From NCBI GenBank assembly GCA_017513085.1, contig JAFWDK010000001.1, forward strand, positions 34,991-98,990: a stretch of 64,000 nt of DNA, written 5' to 3'. Source of the stretch: Clostridiales bacterium (lineage in GTDB: Bacteria; Bacillota; Clostridia; Saccharofermentanales; Saccharofermentanaceae). The notes beneath the pieces are model-generated. The model did no database searches, was not told the DNA's origin, and worked only from the letters and a program-made list of their open reading frames with translations. Positions 9,450 to 20,522 of the stretch are shown in pieces. The translations under genes were made by a program, and so were the position numbers. Position 1 is the stretch's first letter, and each line of letters opens with the position of its first letter.

Positions 9450-11954
9450 ATGACAGAACTGGAATATGTCCTGAAAAACTTTGATAAGCACTTTTCTCCT
9501 TTTTGCGGAAAGAAGATCCTTTTGCATGGATCAAGGGAATATGCAGAGAACATTTTGTCTGCATATGATGAAAAATACCATTTCCTCGGTATTATGACTT
9601 CAGATCCGGTACACGAAGACCTTTTCTGCGGGAAAAGGATTTTCCACGAGTCTGATCTGGCGGAACTGCAGCCAGAGATCGTCATTTTTACAGAAAGAGT
9701 AAAATATGAAGATCTTGCGTATCAGCAGATCATTCTATGTCCGGAGTGCAGAGATACGCTTTTGTACAATATGTACGGTGTGGATGAAAGAAGAGTCCGG
9801 GAAGAGTATGAGTGTATCACCGAACTGTCAAGGTTGGTCCGCGCAAAGCTTTTGAAGGAGAATGACGTCATTGGTTTCGAAGTAATGGATGTCTTCTTTT
9901 CTCAGGTGGACGGAGAAATCGACAAGCCGCAGCGCAGAGCAATGCGAGTCTATGAAGAAGCCAGAAAAAAAGGAAAAAAGGTGTTTTTCAGTCTGCGTCG
10001 TTCATTTGATCAGAAAAAGCAGATCAAAGCGCTGGAGGACTGTGGGATCCGCGAGATCCCCGGACAAATCGAAGTCATCAGCCGGGAGGGTGAAGACCTG
10101 TCTTTCCGCAGGATCTGCGATATGTTTCCCGGCAAAAAGACCGTGTATTTTGGTCAGGGCTTCGTAAATGAGTATCTATTGCCGAAGTGCTACGGGATCA
10201 CCCCTGTTCGGGTGTATACCTATGCGATCCCGTTCGATGTTCCGAATTCTCTGGATACGATATTGCGGAACGCGTACAAGGAGACGAGCCGCCAAAAAGA
10301 TACAACCCGGATCCTTTATCAGGAAATCGATCTGTACGATGTAATATCCTTTGATGTTTTTGACACTCTTCTTCAAAGAACAGCCCTGCTTCCGGAAGAC
10401 GTTTTCAGACTGCTGGCCAAACGTTTCTGGACGGATCCAAGGGAACAGAACAGGTTTGTTGAATGCCGGATAGACGCACAATACAGCGGGATATATCCGA
10501 CTCTGGAGGAGATCTATAACAGCGTTGCCGCATCTTTGGAACTCAGTGAAAGCGAAAAAGAGCTTCTTCTGGAGCAGGAGCTCGACATCGAAAGAAGCGT
10601 GATCTGTTGCCGCAGACATATGACAGATATAGTTGATTACGCGATCAAAGCAGGAAAAACGGTCGTCGCAACTTCCGACATGTATCTCGGCAGCACGATC
10701 CTGAATGATCTGCTGAAAGAAAACGGATATCCCGATTTTGAGAGGATCTTTGTCTCTTGCGAGTATCGGAAGGCAAAAACGGACGGGCTGTTTGATGAAC
10801 TCGGAAATGCGTATGCCGGAAAAACGATACTTCATATCGGCGATAACCCAAAGGCAGACGGCATCGCGGCAGAAAAAACAGGCTTTGGATATCGTCCGAT
10901 CCGATCGGCGCTGCAAAAGGCATGTGACTGCGGATATGAAGATGTGATCCGTGAAGAACATGATCTGGCTGAACGCTGTATGATCGGCCTTTGCGTGGCG
11001 AATGCTTTCAGCGACCCGTTTGAACCGGATATGATCGAAGATCTGAATGATGGGGAAAGACTGACACGGTTTGCGTCCATGAGCGTCTTTCCGATCCTGA
11101 TCGGATATATTTGTTACTTGAACAAGATGTCCGCCGGTTATGACAGAGTACTGTTTTCGTCGAGAGACGGACTTATCCTGTCTGAACTCTACAATTACAT
11201 CCGATCAGCCAAACATCCCACGCTGCCGGAAAGTCTGTACTTTTACTCCAGCCGCCATGCAGCATTCCAGACATGCATGGATAATCCGCAAACGATCGGC
11301 AACACATATCTCGGTAAGGAGCAGACGCTCCCGAGCTTTGTCAGAAACGTTTACGGAGTTGAGCCTCTGCCGTGTGAGCAGAACATCGGGAAAGAAGAGT
11401 ATGTAAGACTTCATTGGGATAAGATCTGTGAAAAGGCGGAAACCGCCCGGGCTAATTACCGAAAATACCTCCGGAACCATGGCCTTTCCGGTGACAAACG
11501 GTATCTGTTTACAGATTTTGTTGCGATCGGAACGACCCAGCATTATCTGCAGAAGTTTTCCGGAATAAAACTTCATGGATGTTATATCGCCTGTCCGCTT
11601 TACGGAGAACCGTATGAAGCTGTTGATTATTATATCGATTTTGGTGATGACTTCTTTATTACGAACTTCATGGAGATGGAATATATCATGACTTCCATGG
11701 AGGCTTCGCTTGATTGTTTCGATGAAAAGGGGCAGCCTGTTTTTGCGAAAGAAGTCCGCACAGAAGAAGATCTGCAGCGGATCAGGACCGTACACGAAAA
11801 TATCCTGAAACTGGGAAAAGTGTTTTGCGATGTTATCTATGAAAAAGACACAGAGATCGATGCTGAATTGACAGTAAAAATGTATGCAGCTGAAGGATAT
11901 CATGGAATAGTGAAAGAAAGGGGATACGATGACTGGGTCAAACAAGTCTTATAG
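9450..11954 (+). CDS. HAD phosphatase plus glycan-phosphoribosyltransferase-like domain (putative ribofuranosyltransferase)
   Basis: ISFDVFDTLL, TSDMY, LHIGDNPKAD; C-terminal FSSRDG, YSSR and TDFVAIGTTQ. Confidence 0.65.
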   Translation: MTELEYVLKNFDKHFSPFCGKKILLHGSREYAENILSAYDEKYHFLGIMTSDPVHEDLFCGKRIFHESDLAELQPEIVIFTERVKYEDLAYQQIILCPECRDTLLYNMYGVDERRVREEYECITELSRLVRAKLLKENDVIGFEVMDVFFSQVDGEIDKPQRRAMRVYEEARKKGKKVFFSLRRSFDQKKQIKALEDCGIREIPGQIEVISREGEDLSFRRICDMFPGKKTVYFGQGFVNEYLLPKCYGITPVRVYTYAIPFDVPNSLDTILRNAYKETSRQKDTTRILYQEIDLYDVISFDVFDTLLQRTALLPEDVFRLLAKRFWTDPREQNRFVECRIDAQYSGIYPTLEEIYNSVAASLELSESEKELLLEQELDIERSVICCRRHMTDIVDYAIKAGKTVVATSDMYLGSTILNDLLKENGYPDFERIFVSCEYRKAKTDGLFDELGNAYAGKTILHIGDNPKADGIAAEKTGFGYRPIRSALQKACDCGYEDVIREEHDLAERCMIGLCVANAFSDPFEPDMIEDLNDGERLTRFASMSVFPILIGYICYLNKMSAGYDRVLFSSRDGLILSELYNYIRSAKHPTLPESLYFYSSRHAAFQTCMDNPQTIGNTYLGKEQTLPSFVRNVYGVEPLPCEQNIGKEEYVRLHWDKICEKAETARANYRKYLRNHGLSGDKRYLFTDFVAIGTTQHYLQKFSGIKLHGCYIACPLYGEPYEAVDYYIDFGDDFFITNFMEMEYIMTSMEASLDCFDEKGQPVFAKEVRTEEDLQRIRTVHENILKLGKVFCDVIYEKDTEIDAELTVKMYAAEGYHGIVKERGYDDWVKQVL

Positions 11955-14301
11955 ACGGATCCTGGAACTCGTCAGTGAGTATGGGAACATCGATTATGAT
12001 GAACTGATCGCGGATGAAGACCGTGATGTTTTGCTGCAGCTGAGTTCTCTCCGTCATAGTCTGCTGAGCTGGTATCCCTTCCCGAAAGAGGCAGAGGCTC
12101 TGGAGATCAATGCCGGATGCGGAGCTTTAAGCGCTTTGCTGCTGGACCGGTTTGACCGGGTCGATCTGTTCGAGGAACACGATGCAGCGAGAGAAATACT
12201 GAAACAACGTTTTCCGGATATGACCGGACGTGTTCTGGAAACACTTGAGGAAGTTGACCGCAAGTATGATTTTGTATTTGCGCTCGATCTGCCGGCTTTC
12301 TATCAGGGGAAACTCGCACAGGTTTTGGAAGACGCCCATGATCTGCTGAAAGAAGGGGGAATACTTTGTGTCGGGTTCCGGAACCGGAACGCCTCGAAAT
12401 ACAGCTGCGGGTCTGTTGATGATATTGTCAGGGAACCCTTTAAAACCGACAGCCTTCTTTCGCTTTCGGAATTCAATAATGCAGCCGGTTCTATGTTTGA
12501 AAATATCGAGGTGTACTGTCCGTTTCCGGATGCACTTTACACGCAGGCTGTTTACCGGAGCGGCTGCATGCCGACATCCTCGTTTGCTGACAGAGTTCGC
12601 GCCTTTGATCCCTATAACAGTCCGCTGATAAAAGACGAGAATGAGGAATTTTACTATGCAATAAAGGATGGAACGCTTCTTGAAAAGAGTGATTTCTATT
12701 TGGTTTTTTTGAGCAAAAGACCGCTTTCCTGTCCGATCGAACGAGTTATATTATCTCCCGACAGAGGAGAACATTCCTTTATGACGATTTTCGAAAAGGA
12801 CAGAGTTTACAAAAAAGCGATCAACGCCAAAGGCAGTTCCTATCTTGAGGAGAGCGTGAGAAACGCTGATAAACTTCGTGAACGCGGGATCGACGTCGTT
12901 CCGCAGTCTTTTGAAGATAAGAAACTGATCATGCCCTATGTCCATCAAAAAGCATCGCTGGATGAAATAGCGGATGCGGCGGCGGCAGGAGATGACACGC
13001 GCATATTGCGTGTATTCGATCAGATCTATAAAGATGTGTGCCGTTCATCAGAAACCGCCGGGGAGCCGGATCCGGAAGTATGGGGAACAGAAGATGATTC
13101 CAGTCCGGTCCTGAAAGAGGCAATGATCGACATGATCCCTTACAATGCATTCCTGACAGAAAACGGGCTTTGTTATTACGATCAGGAATTTGTCTGGGAA
13201 AATACACCTGCAAATTATGTCATGTTCAGGGCGGTGCGCTATACTTCCATTCATTTAGGTCCTCTCTTTGATCCCTGGCGGGACCTGCTCCTCGCGCGTT
13301 ACGGAATCAGCGAGACACTGTATGAGATCTATCTGAAAAAAGAAAACGCATTCGTTGACAGAAACCGGCGAAGAGATCTCTATCATCAGTTTTATGACTG
13401 GACATATATTTCGCCTGAACGAATAAAGAACAACCGTCAAATGCTGATGCATTCCGATGAGGACGAAGAACTGCAAAAGATCCACGCGATCCAGCTGACG
13501 CTCTTGAAAAAATTCGACGCGTTCTGCAAAGAAAACGATCTGAAATACTTTGCGTTGCACGGTACTTTACTTGGGACGATACGTCATCAGGGGTTTATCC
13601 CCTGGGATGACGATATCGACTTGGGCATGACGCGGGAGGACTACGACAAGCTGGTGGAACTATATGTAAACCGGCCGGGGATCCCATATCTTCAATCAAT
13701 GGGCAGAGAAGGCAGGATCTTTCACGGAGGATATGCGAAATACCGGGACGAGAATTCGGTCGCAGTCGAGGAGCGGAACCGTTATATCTACGGCCATAAA
13801 GGGGTGTCGATCGACATCATGCCGTTAGACCGCTGCCCCGAAGATCCTGCTGAACGGAAAAAGCTGCAAAAGAAGATCACGGAGATCCAGCGCTGTATTT
13901 ACGCGAGATGCTATTCCAAACCGGCCGGATTATTCGATGATCTGCCGGCGAATAAAATGCTTAAATACTATCTGTTTGGCAGCCATATTCCTTTGCGGTT
14001 CCAATATCCGGTCCTGAATCATCTGTTCCGAAGTGTTAAGGATTCGTCGTTGCGGACGATCCTGGCATGTTACTACGGCGAAGTTGAAAACCGGAATCTG
14101 TTCCGGGAGAAGGACCTGAATGATCTGGTTCTTATGCCCTTTGAGGATACGATGATTCCGGTTCCGAGAAACTATCACCAGTGGCTTCTGCAACGCTATG
14201 GAGAAAACTATCTGTATCCGCCAAAGATAAAGAACAGAAAGCACTCGAACCTGTTTATTAAACTCGATGATTCCTATAAACTAAAGAAAGGAGACGAGTG
14301 A
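11929..14301 (+). CDS. SAM methyltransferase, protein-kinase-like and LicD triple fusion
   Basis: LEINAGCGAL (methyltransferase motif I); VYKK...IDMIPYN...YDQEF (kinase-like); GTLLGTIRHQGFIPWDDDIDL (LicD). Confidence 0.75.
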   Translation: MTGSNKSYRRILELVSEYGNIDYDELIADEDRDVLLQLSSLRHSLLSWYPFPKEAEALEINAGCGALSALLLDRFDRVDLFEEHDAAREILKQRFPDMTGRVLETLEEVDRKYDFVFALDLPAFYQGKLAQVLEDAHDLLKEGGILCVGFRNRNASKYSCGSVDDIVREPFKTDSLLSLSEFNNAAGSMFENIEVYCPFPDALYTQAVYRSGCMPTSSFADRVRAFDPYNSPLIKDENEEFYYAIKDGTLLEKSDFYLVFLSKRPLSCPIERVILSPDRGEHSFMTIFEKDRVYKKAINAKGSSYLEESVRNADKLRERGIDVVPQSFEDKKLIMPYVHQKASLDEIADAAAAGDDTRILRVFDQIYKDVCRSSETAGEPDPEVWGTEDDSSPVLKEAMIDMIPYNAFLTENGLCYYDQEFVWENTPANYVMFRAVRYTSIHLGPLFDPWRDLLLARYGISETLYEIYLKKENAFVDRNRRRDLYHQFYDWTYISPERIKNNRQMLMHSDEDEELQKIHAIQLTLLKKFDAFCKENDLKYFALHGTLLGTIRHQGFIPWDDDIDLGMTREDYDKLVELYVNRPGIPYLQSMGREGRIFHGGYAKYRDENSVAVEERNRYIYGHKGVSIDIMPLDRCPEDPAERKKLQKKITEIQRCIYARCYSKPAGLFDDLPANKMLKYYLFGSHIPLRFQYPVLNHLFRSVKDSSLRTILACYYGEVENRNLFREKDLNDLVLMPFEDTMIPVPRNYHQWLLQRYGENYLYPPKIKNRKHSNLFIKLDDSYKLKKGDE

Positions 14302-14726
14302 TGGAGAAAGTACATGTCGGTCTGCTGATGGGAGTCTTTGACCTCTTTCATGTCGGACATCTGAAACTGATCCGCAACGCGAAGGAACGCTGTGAGTATC
14401 TTCGGGTCGCGATCCTCTCGGATGAGTTGGTAATGGAATATAAAAAACACTATCCTGTCATTCCGGCAGAAGAGCGGAAAGAAGTCCTGGAAGCGCTGCG
14501 CGATGTTGATGAGGTAGTGATCATTGAAGATACCCCGTCACGTCTGACGGAGTATGACCGGCGACCTTTCGATGCGTTCTTCTCCGGAAATGATTATGAG
14601 GGAAATCCGTACTGGATCTACGAGCAGCAGGAGCTGCGCAAGCGCGGTTCAGATGTTGTGTTCTTCCCTTATACGGAATCACAGAGCACCACAAAAATCA
14701 TCAGCAAAATCAGAAACACAAAGTAA
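14298..14726 (+). CDS. TagD-like cytidylyltransferase
   Basis: GVFDLFHVGH, GNDY, YTESQSTT. Confidence 0.88.
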   Translation: MMEKVHVGLLMGVFDLFHVGHLKLIRNAKERCEYLRVAILSDELVMEYKKHYPVIPAEERKEVLEALRDVDEVVIIEDTPSRLTEYDRRPFDAFFSGNDYEGNPYWIYEQQELRKRGSDVVFFPYTESQSTTKIISKIRNTK

Positions 14727-14780
14727 CACCAAGCACCACAAAGAAACATTAAGCAACACAAGGCGACACGAGGTAACAAA
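14711..14780 (+). repeat. Seven degenerate 10-bp tandem repeats, consensus AAGNAACACA
   Basis: cagaaacaca/aagtaacacc/aagcaccaca/aagaaacatt/aagcaacaca/aggcgacacg/aggtaacaaa. Confidence 0.7.
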
Positions 14781-15703
14781 TGAAAGTACTAGTAACCGGG
14801 GGAGCTGGATTCATCGGCTCGCACCTGTGCAGGAGACTGCTCGAGCAGGGGGATGAAGTCTTCTGCTTGGATATCTTCTATTCCAGTGCGCGAAGAAATA
14901 TCGCTGATCTGGAAAACGATCCGCATTTCCATTTTCTTGAGAAAGACATCGAAGACCCGATCGATCTGGAAGTCGAACGTATTTACAATATGGCCTGTCC
15001 GGCAAGCCCGGTCCACTATCAGAGAGATCCGGTAAAAACCGCCCGCACAAGCGTGCTCGGCGCCATCAATATGCTGGAGCTGGCAAAAAGAAATCATTGC
15101 CGTATTCTGCAGACGAGCACAAGCGAGATCTATGGGAATCCGCTGGTTCATCCGCAGAAGGAGAGCTACTGGGGCAATGTCAATACGATCGGACTGCGTT
15201 CCTGCTATGATGAGGGAAAGCGGATGAGTGAAACACTTTTCTTTGATTATCATCGTCAGTACGGTGTTGATATCCGTGTTGTCCGTATTTTTAATACATA
15301 TGGCCCGTATATGGCAGAAAATGACGGCCGCGTTGTTTCCAATTTCATCGTGCAGGCGCTTCGCGGCGAAGACATCACGATCTACGGAGACGGCTCCCAG
15401 ACGAGATCTTTCTGCTATGTGGACGACACCGTCAGCGCCTTGATGAAAATGATGGAAAGCGATTTTACCGGTCCGGTGAATATCGGAAATCCGGACGAGA
15501 GGACTGTAAAGGAACTCGCCGAAAAGATCGTTGAAATGACATCGTCGGTCTCAAAGATCGTTTATAAAGGCCTGCCATCGGATGATCCGGTTAGACGCAG
15601 ACCGGACATCTCGCTCGCGAAGGAAAAACTGCACTGGCAGCCAGTCGTTTCACTGGAGACAGGTCTGCAGCGAACGATCGAATATTTCAAAAAGGTTATT
15701 TAA
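14780..15703 (+). CDS. uxs: UDP-glucuronate decarboxylase (UDP-xylose synthase)
   Basis: [45 protein letters not shown]. Confidence 0.92.
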   Translation: MKVLVTGGAGFIGSHLCRRLLEQGDEVFCLDIFYSSARRNIADLENDPHFHFLEKDIEDPIDLEVERIYNMACPASPVHYQRDPVKTARTSVLGAINMLELAKRNHCRILQTSTSEIYGNPLVHPQKESYWGNVNTIGLRSCYDEGKRMSETLFFDYHRQYGVDIRVVRIFNTYGPYMAENDGRVVSNFIVQALRGEDITIYGDGSQTRSFCYVDDTVSALMKMMESDFTGPVNIGNPDERTVKELAEKIVEMTSSVSKIVYKGLPSDDPVRRRPDISLAKEKLHWQPVVSLETGLQRTIEYFKKVI

Positions 15704-15716
15704 GTGAGGATACGGA

Positions 15717-16559
15717 ATGTCGGAACATCACGTGCATATTGATGCAAATCCGAAAAGAGTCGATCTGCAATTGCGCGACGTGTGGCGTTACCGGGATTTC
15801 GTCTGGTCGTACACGCGTACGCATTTCGCAAAAAAATACAAACAGACCATCCTTGGACCGCTTTGGCTTTTAGTTAACCCGATGATCAACGCCCTGATGA
15901 ACCTTTTTGTTTTCGGTATGATCGCCGGGATCGGCACAAGCGGTATTCCGAAACTGCTCTTCTATATCGCCGGTCAGGGGATATGGGCGTTTTTCGCGTC
16001 GATCGTCGGAGCCTGTGCTTTTACCTTTGCCGCAAATGCGCATCTTTACGGGAAGGTCTGGTTCCCCAGACTGTGTATCCCGGTATCTTATATCATGACT
16101 TCTGCTGCGGAATTTCTTATCCAGATGGTACCGTTTCTTTTATGCGCGGTCTATTACGCTCTGACCGGGACCTACGTCATTCGCTGGAGCGGATTGCTGC
16201 TGATGCTGCTTCTTCTGCCGTGGCTTGGAGCTCTCGGACTGGGTGTCGGTATTCTTGTCTCCAGCATGACCACAAAATACCGAGATCTCGGTCTGCTTGT
16301 CGGACTGGTCATCCGTTTCTGGATGTACGCAACGCCGGTCGTTTATCCGCTCAGCGAAGTACGCTACAGTTTCCTGCAGAAATGGATCCGCCTGAATCCG
16401 GTAACCGCAGTTGTGGAGCTCTTCCGGCATTTCCTGTTTGGTGTCGGAGAGGTCTCGCCGGGAATGATCGGATATTCTCTCGTTCTGACAGTGCTGATCC
16501 TCGCTGCAGGCATCTTCAGTTTTAACCGGATCGAAAGATCCTTTATGGATACGGTGTAA
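15717..16559 (+). CDS. wzm: Polysaccharide ABC exporter permease
   Basis: KYKQTILGPLW, KYRDL, MYATPVVYP, LNPVT. Confidence 0.9.
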   Translation: MSEHHVHIDANPKRVDLQLRDVWRYRDFVWSYTRTHFAKKYKQTILGPLWLLVNPMINALMNLFVFGMIAGIGTSGIPKLLFYIAGQGIWAFFASIVGACAFTFAANAHLYGKVWFPRLCIPVSYIMTSAAEFLIQMVPFLLCAVYYALTGTYVIRWSGLLLMLLLLPWLGALGLGVGILVSSMTTKYRDLGLLVGLVIRFWMYATPVVYPLSEVRYSFLQKWIRLNPVTAVVELFRHFLFGVGEVSPGMIGYSLVLTVLILAAGIFSFNRIERSFMDTV

Positions 16560-16560
16560 T

Positions 16561-17855
<1,295 letters not shown>

Positions 17856-17856
<1 letters not shown>

Positions 17857-17888
17857 GAAGAGATCTTCGAAAACGAAGATCTTTTTGT
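17856..17888 (+). terminator. Intrinsic terminator of the polysaccharide operon
   Basis: agagatcttcg-aaaa-cgaagatcttt followed by T residues. Confidence 0.7.
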
Positions 17889-17961
17889 ATACGGAGAAAA
17901 CCTCTGTCCCTTTTTGACAGTTATGTAGATAATAGAGAGTAAGAAAAAGAAGGTTAAAAAG

Positions 17962-19302
17962 ATGAACAGTCAGTATTTGAACGGTCTTTATCAGGAACTG
18001 GAGAACAGGTATCCGGAACAGAAAGAGTATCTGCAGGCGGTCCGTGAAGTCTTCTCGTCGATCGATCCGGTCCTGGAAAAACATCCGGAATATGAAAAGG
18101 CGAATATCGTAGGCAGAATGATCGAACCGGAAAGGATCGTTATTTTCCGTGTTCCCTGGACAGATGACAACGGCAGCGTTCAAGTGAACAGAGGATACAG
18201 GGTGCAGTTCAATTCTGCGATCGGACCTTATAAGGGCGGGCTCCGTTTCCGGGAGAACGTAAACCTCTCGATCCTGAAATTCCTTGGCTTTGAACAGGTA
18301 TTCAAGAATGCCCTGACCTCTCTGCCGATGGGCGGAGGAAAAGGCGGATCGGATTTTGATCCGAAAGGAAGATCCGACCGGGAAGTCATGGCATTCTGCC
18401 AGAGCTTCATGACGGAACTGGTGAAATACATCGGTCCGGACAGCGATGTGCCGGCAGGAGATATCGGTGTCGGAAAAAGGGAGATCGGTTATCTGTACGG
18501 ACAGTATAAAAGGCTGACCGGTGAATGGAACGGTTCTCTGACCGGAAAGGGACTGACATACGGAGGTTCTCTCGGCAGAACGCAGGCGACCGGTTATGGA
18601 CTTTGCTATTTTACGGAAGCCTATCTAAAAGACAACGGAATGAGTTTTAAGGATCAGAATGTCGTGATCTCCGGGTCGGGCAATGTTGCGATCTATGCTG
18701 CTGAAAAAGCGAAGCAGCTGGGCGCGAAAGTCATCGCGATGAGCGACTCGGACGGATATGTATATGATCCCAGTGGAATAGACATCGAAACCATCAAGAT
18801 GATCAAGGAAGGAAAGAGAGACCGGATCTATAAATATGCTGATTTGGTACCTGCTGCGGAATATCACGAAGGATGCAAAGGAATCTGGACAGTCCCGTGT
18901 GATTTTGCGATGCCGTGTGCCACACAGAATGAACTGGATCGCGATGATGCGGAAGCCCTGATCAAAAACGGATGCAAAGGGGTCTTCGAAGGCGCAAATA
19001 TGCCCAGCACGCCGGAAGCGATCTCGCTTATCCAGAGCAGCGGACTGCTGTATTCTCCGGGAAAAGCCTCCAACGCCGGCGGAGTTGCGGTATCCGGATT
19101 GGAGATGAGTCAGAATGCCCAGCACCTGAACTGGACGTTCGAAGAAGTCGACTGCAAACTGAAAGAGATCATGATCAATATCTACAAGAATTCCAGAGAT
19201 ACTGCCGCAGAATACGGAAAAGAAGGCGACCTGGTTTCCGGTGCGAATATCGCGGGATTCGTCAAGGTCGCAAACGCAATGCTTGAACAGGGCGTTTGCT
19301 GA
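17962..19302 (+). CDS. gdhA: NADP-specific glutamate dehydrogenase
   Basis: GPYKGGLRF, GGGKGGSDFDPKG, DVPAGDIG, GSGNVA, EGANMP. Confidence 0.97.
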   Translation: MNSQYLNGLYQELENRYPEQKEYLQAVREVFSSIDPVLEKHPEYEKANIVGRMIEPERIVIFRVPWTDDNGSVQVNRGYRVQFNSAIGPYKGGLRFRENVNLSILKFLGFEQVFKNALTSLPMGGGKGGSDFDPKGRSDREVMAFCQSFMTELVKYIGPDSDVPAGDIGVGKREIGYLYGQYKRLTGEWNGSLTGKGLTYGGSLGRTQATGYGLCYFTEAYLKDNGMSFKDQNVVISGSGNVAIYAAEKAKQLGAKVIAMSDSDGYVYDPSGIDIETIKMIKEGKRDRIYKYADLVPAAEYHEGCKGIWTVPCDFAMPCATQNELDRDDAEALIKNGCKGVFEGANMPSTPEAISLIQSSGLLYSPGKASNAGGVAVSGLEMSQNAQHLNWTFEEVDCKLKEIMINIYKNSRDTAAEYGKEGDLVSGANIAGFVKVANAMLEQGVC

Positions 19303-19337
19303 CGTGAAGTATGTATAACGCAGGAAGGAGACAGGGA

Positions 19338-20468
19338 ATGATACGTTTTAATGTTCCGCCGTATACCGGCAAAGAACTTGAATACATGAAAGAAGCTATC
19401 GCAAACCGTAAGATCTGCGGTGACGGGCCTTTTACCAAAAAATGCAGCGAATGGATCGAACAACGTTTTGGCACAAAGAAAGCGCTGCTAACAACCAGCG
19501 GTTCGACAGCCCTTGATATGGCAGCACTACTCTGTGATATTCGGCCGGGCGACGAAGTCATACTGCCGAGTTTTACTTTCTCCAGCACGGCGAACTCTTT
19601 CGTTTTGGCCGGGGCTAAACTCGTCTTTGTGGACATCCGTCCCGATACGATGAATATCGATGAAAACAAGATCGAAGAAGCGATTACTGAGAGAACTAAG
19701 GTGATCGCTCCGGTTCATTATGCCGGCGTAGCATGTGAAATGGATAAGATCATGGAAATCGCTCACAGATATCATTTGAAAGTCGTCGAAGATGCCGCGC
19801 AGGGCGTGATGAGTACTTATAAGGGCAAGGCTCTCGGAACAATCGGCGATTTCGGCTGTTTCTCCTTCCATGAAACGAAGAATTACTCCATGGGAGAAGG
19901 CGGAGCCATCCTCATCAATGATGAAGACTACATTGAAAAAGCGGAGATCCTTCGGGAAAAAGGAACGAACCGTTCAAGATTCTTCCGTGGTCAGGTCGAT
20001 AAATATACATGGGTCGATTTTGGAGACAGTTACCTGCCGAGCGATCTCAATGCCGCCTATCTGTGGGCACAGCTTGAGAAAGCAGACGAGATCAACGATA
20101 ACCGGCTCGAAACATGGAATGCATACTACAACGCTTTCCTGCCCCTGGCAGAGAGAGGTCTGATCGAATTGCCACATGTCCCTGCAGACTGCATTCATAA
20201 TGCCCATATGTTTTACATCAAGTGCAGATCTCTGGAGGAGAGAACCAGATTTATCAGCTACATGAAACAGAATGACATTCTCTGCGTGTTCCATTACGTT
20301 CCTCTTCACAGTGCACCTGCCGGGGAAAAGTTTGGAAGATTCAACGGAGTTGATCGGTATACAACATCTGAAAGCGATAAACTCGTCAGACTGCCGATGT
20401 ACTATAACATCGATAAAGAGGATCTGAGGAAAGTGATCAACTGCACATTAAACTTTTTCAAAGCTTAA
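19338..20468 (+). CDS. rffA: dTDP-4-amino-4,6-dideoxygalactose transaminase
   Basis: FSFHETKNYSMGEGG, REKGTNRSRFFRGQVDKYTW, VFHYVPLH. Confidence 0.92.
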   Translation: MIRFNVPPYTGKELEYMKEAIANRKICGDGPFTKKCSEWIEQRFGTKKALLTTSGSTALDMAALLCDIRPGDEVILPSFTFSSTANSFVLAGAKLVFVDIRPDTMNIDENKIEEAITERTKVIAPVHYAGVACEMDKIMEIAHRYHLKVVEDAAQGVMSTYKGKALGTIGDFGCFSFHETKNYSMGEGGAILINDEDYIEKAEILREKGTNRSRFFRGQVDKYTWVDFGDSYLPSDLNAAYLWAQLEKADEINDNRLETWNAYYNAFLPLAERGLIELPHVPADCIHNAHMFYIKCRSLEERTRFISYMKQNDILCVFHYVPLHSAPAGEKFGRFNGVDRYTTSESDKLVRLPMYYNIDKEDLRKVINCTLNFFKA

Positions 20469-20522
20469 TGAACGATCAATGATGATTGTATTAACATAAG
20501 GATAAACTCATAGGAACTGCAG

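Noticed and set aside
14711-14780. Repeat array as a CRISPR
   Set aside because: Units are 10 bp and contiguous, with no spacers and no cas genes.
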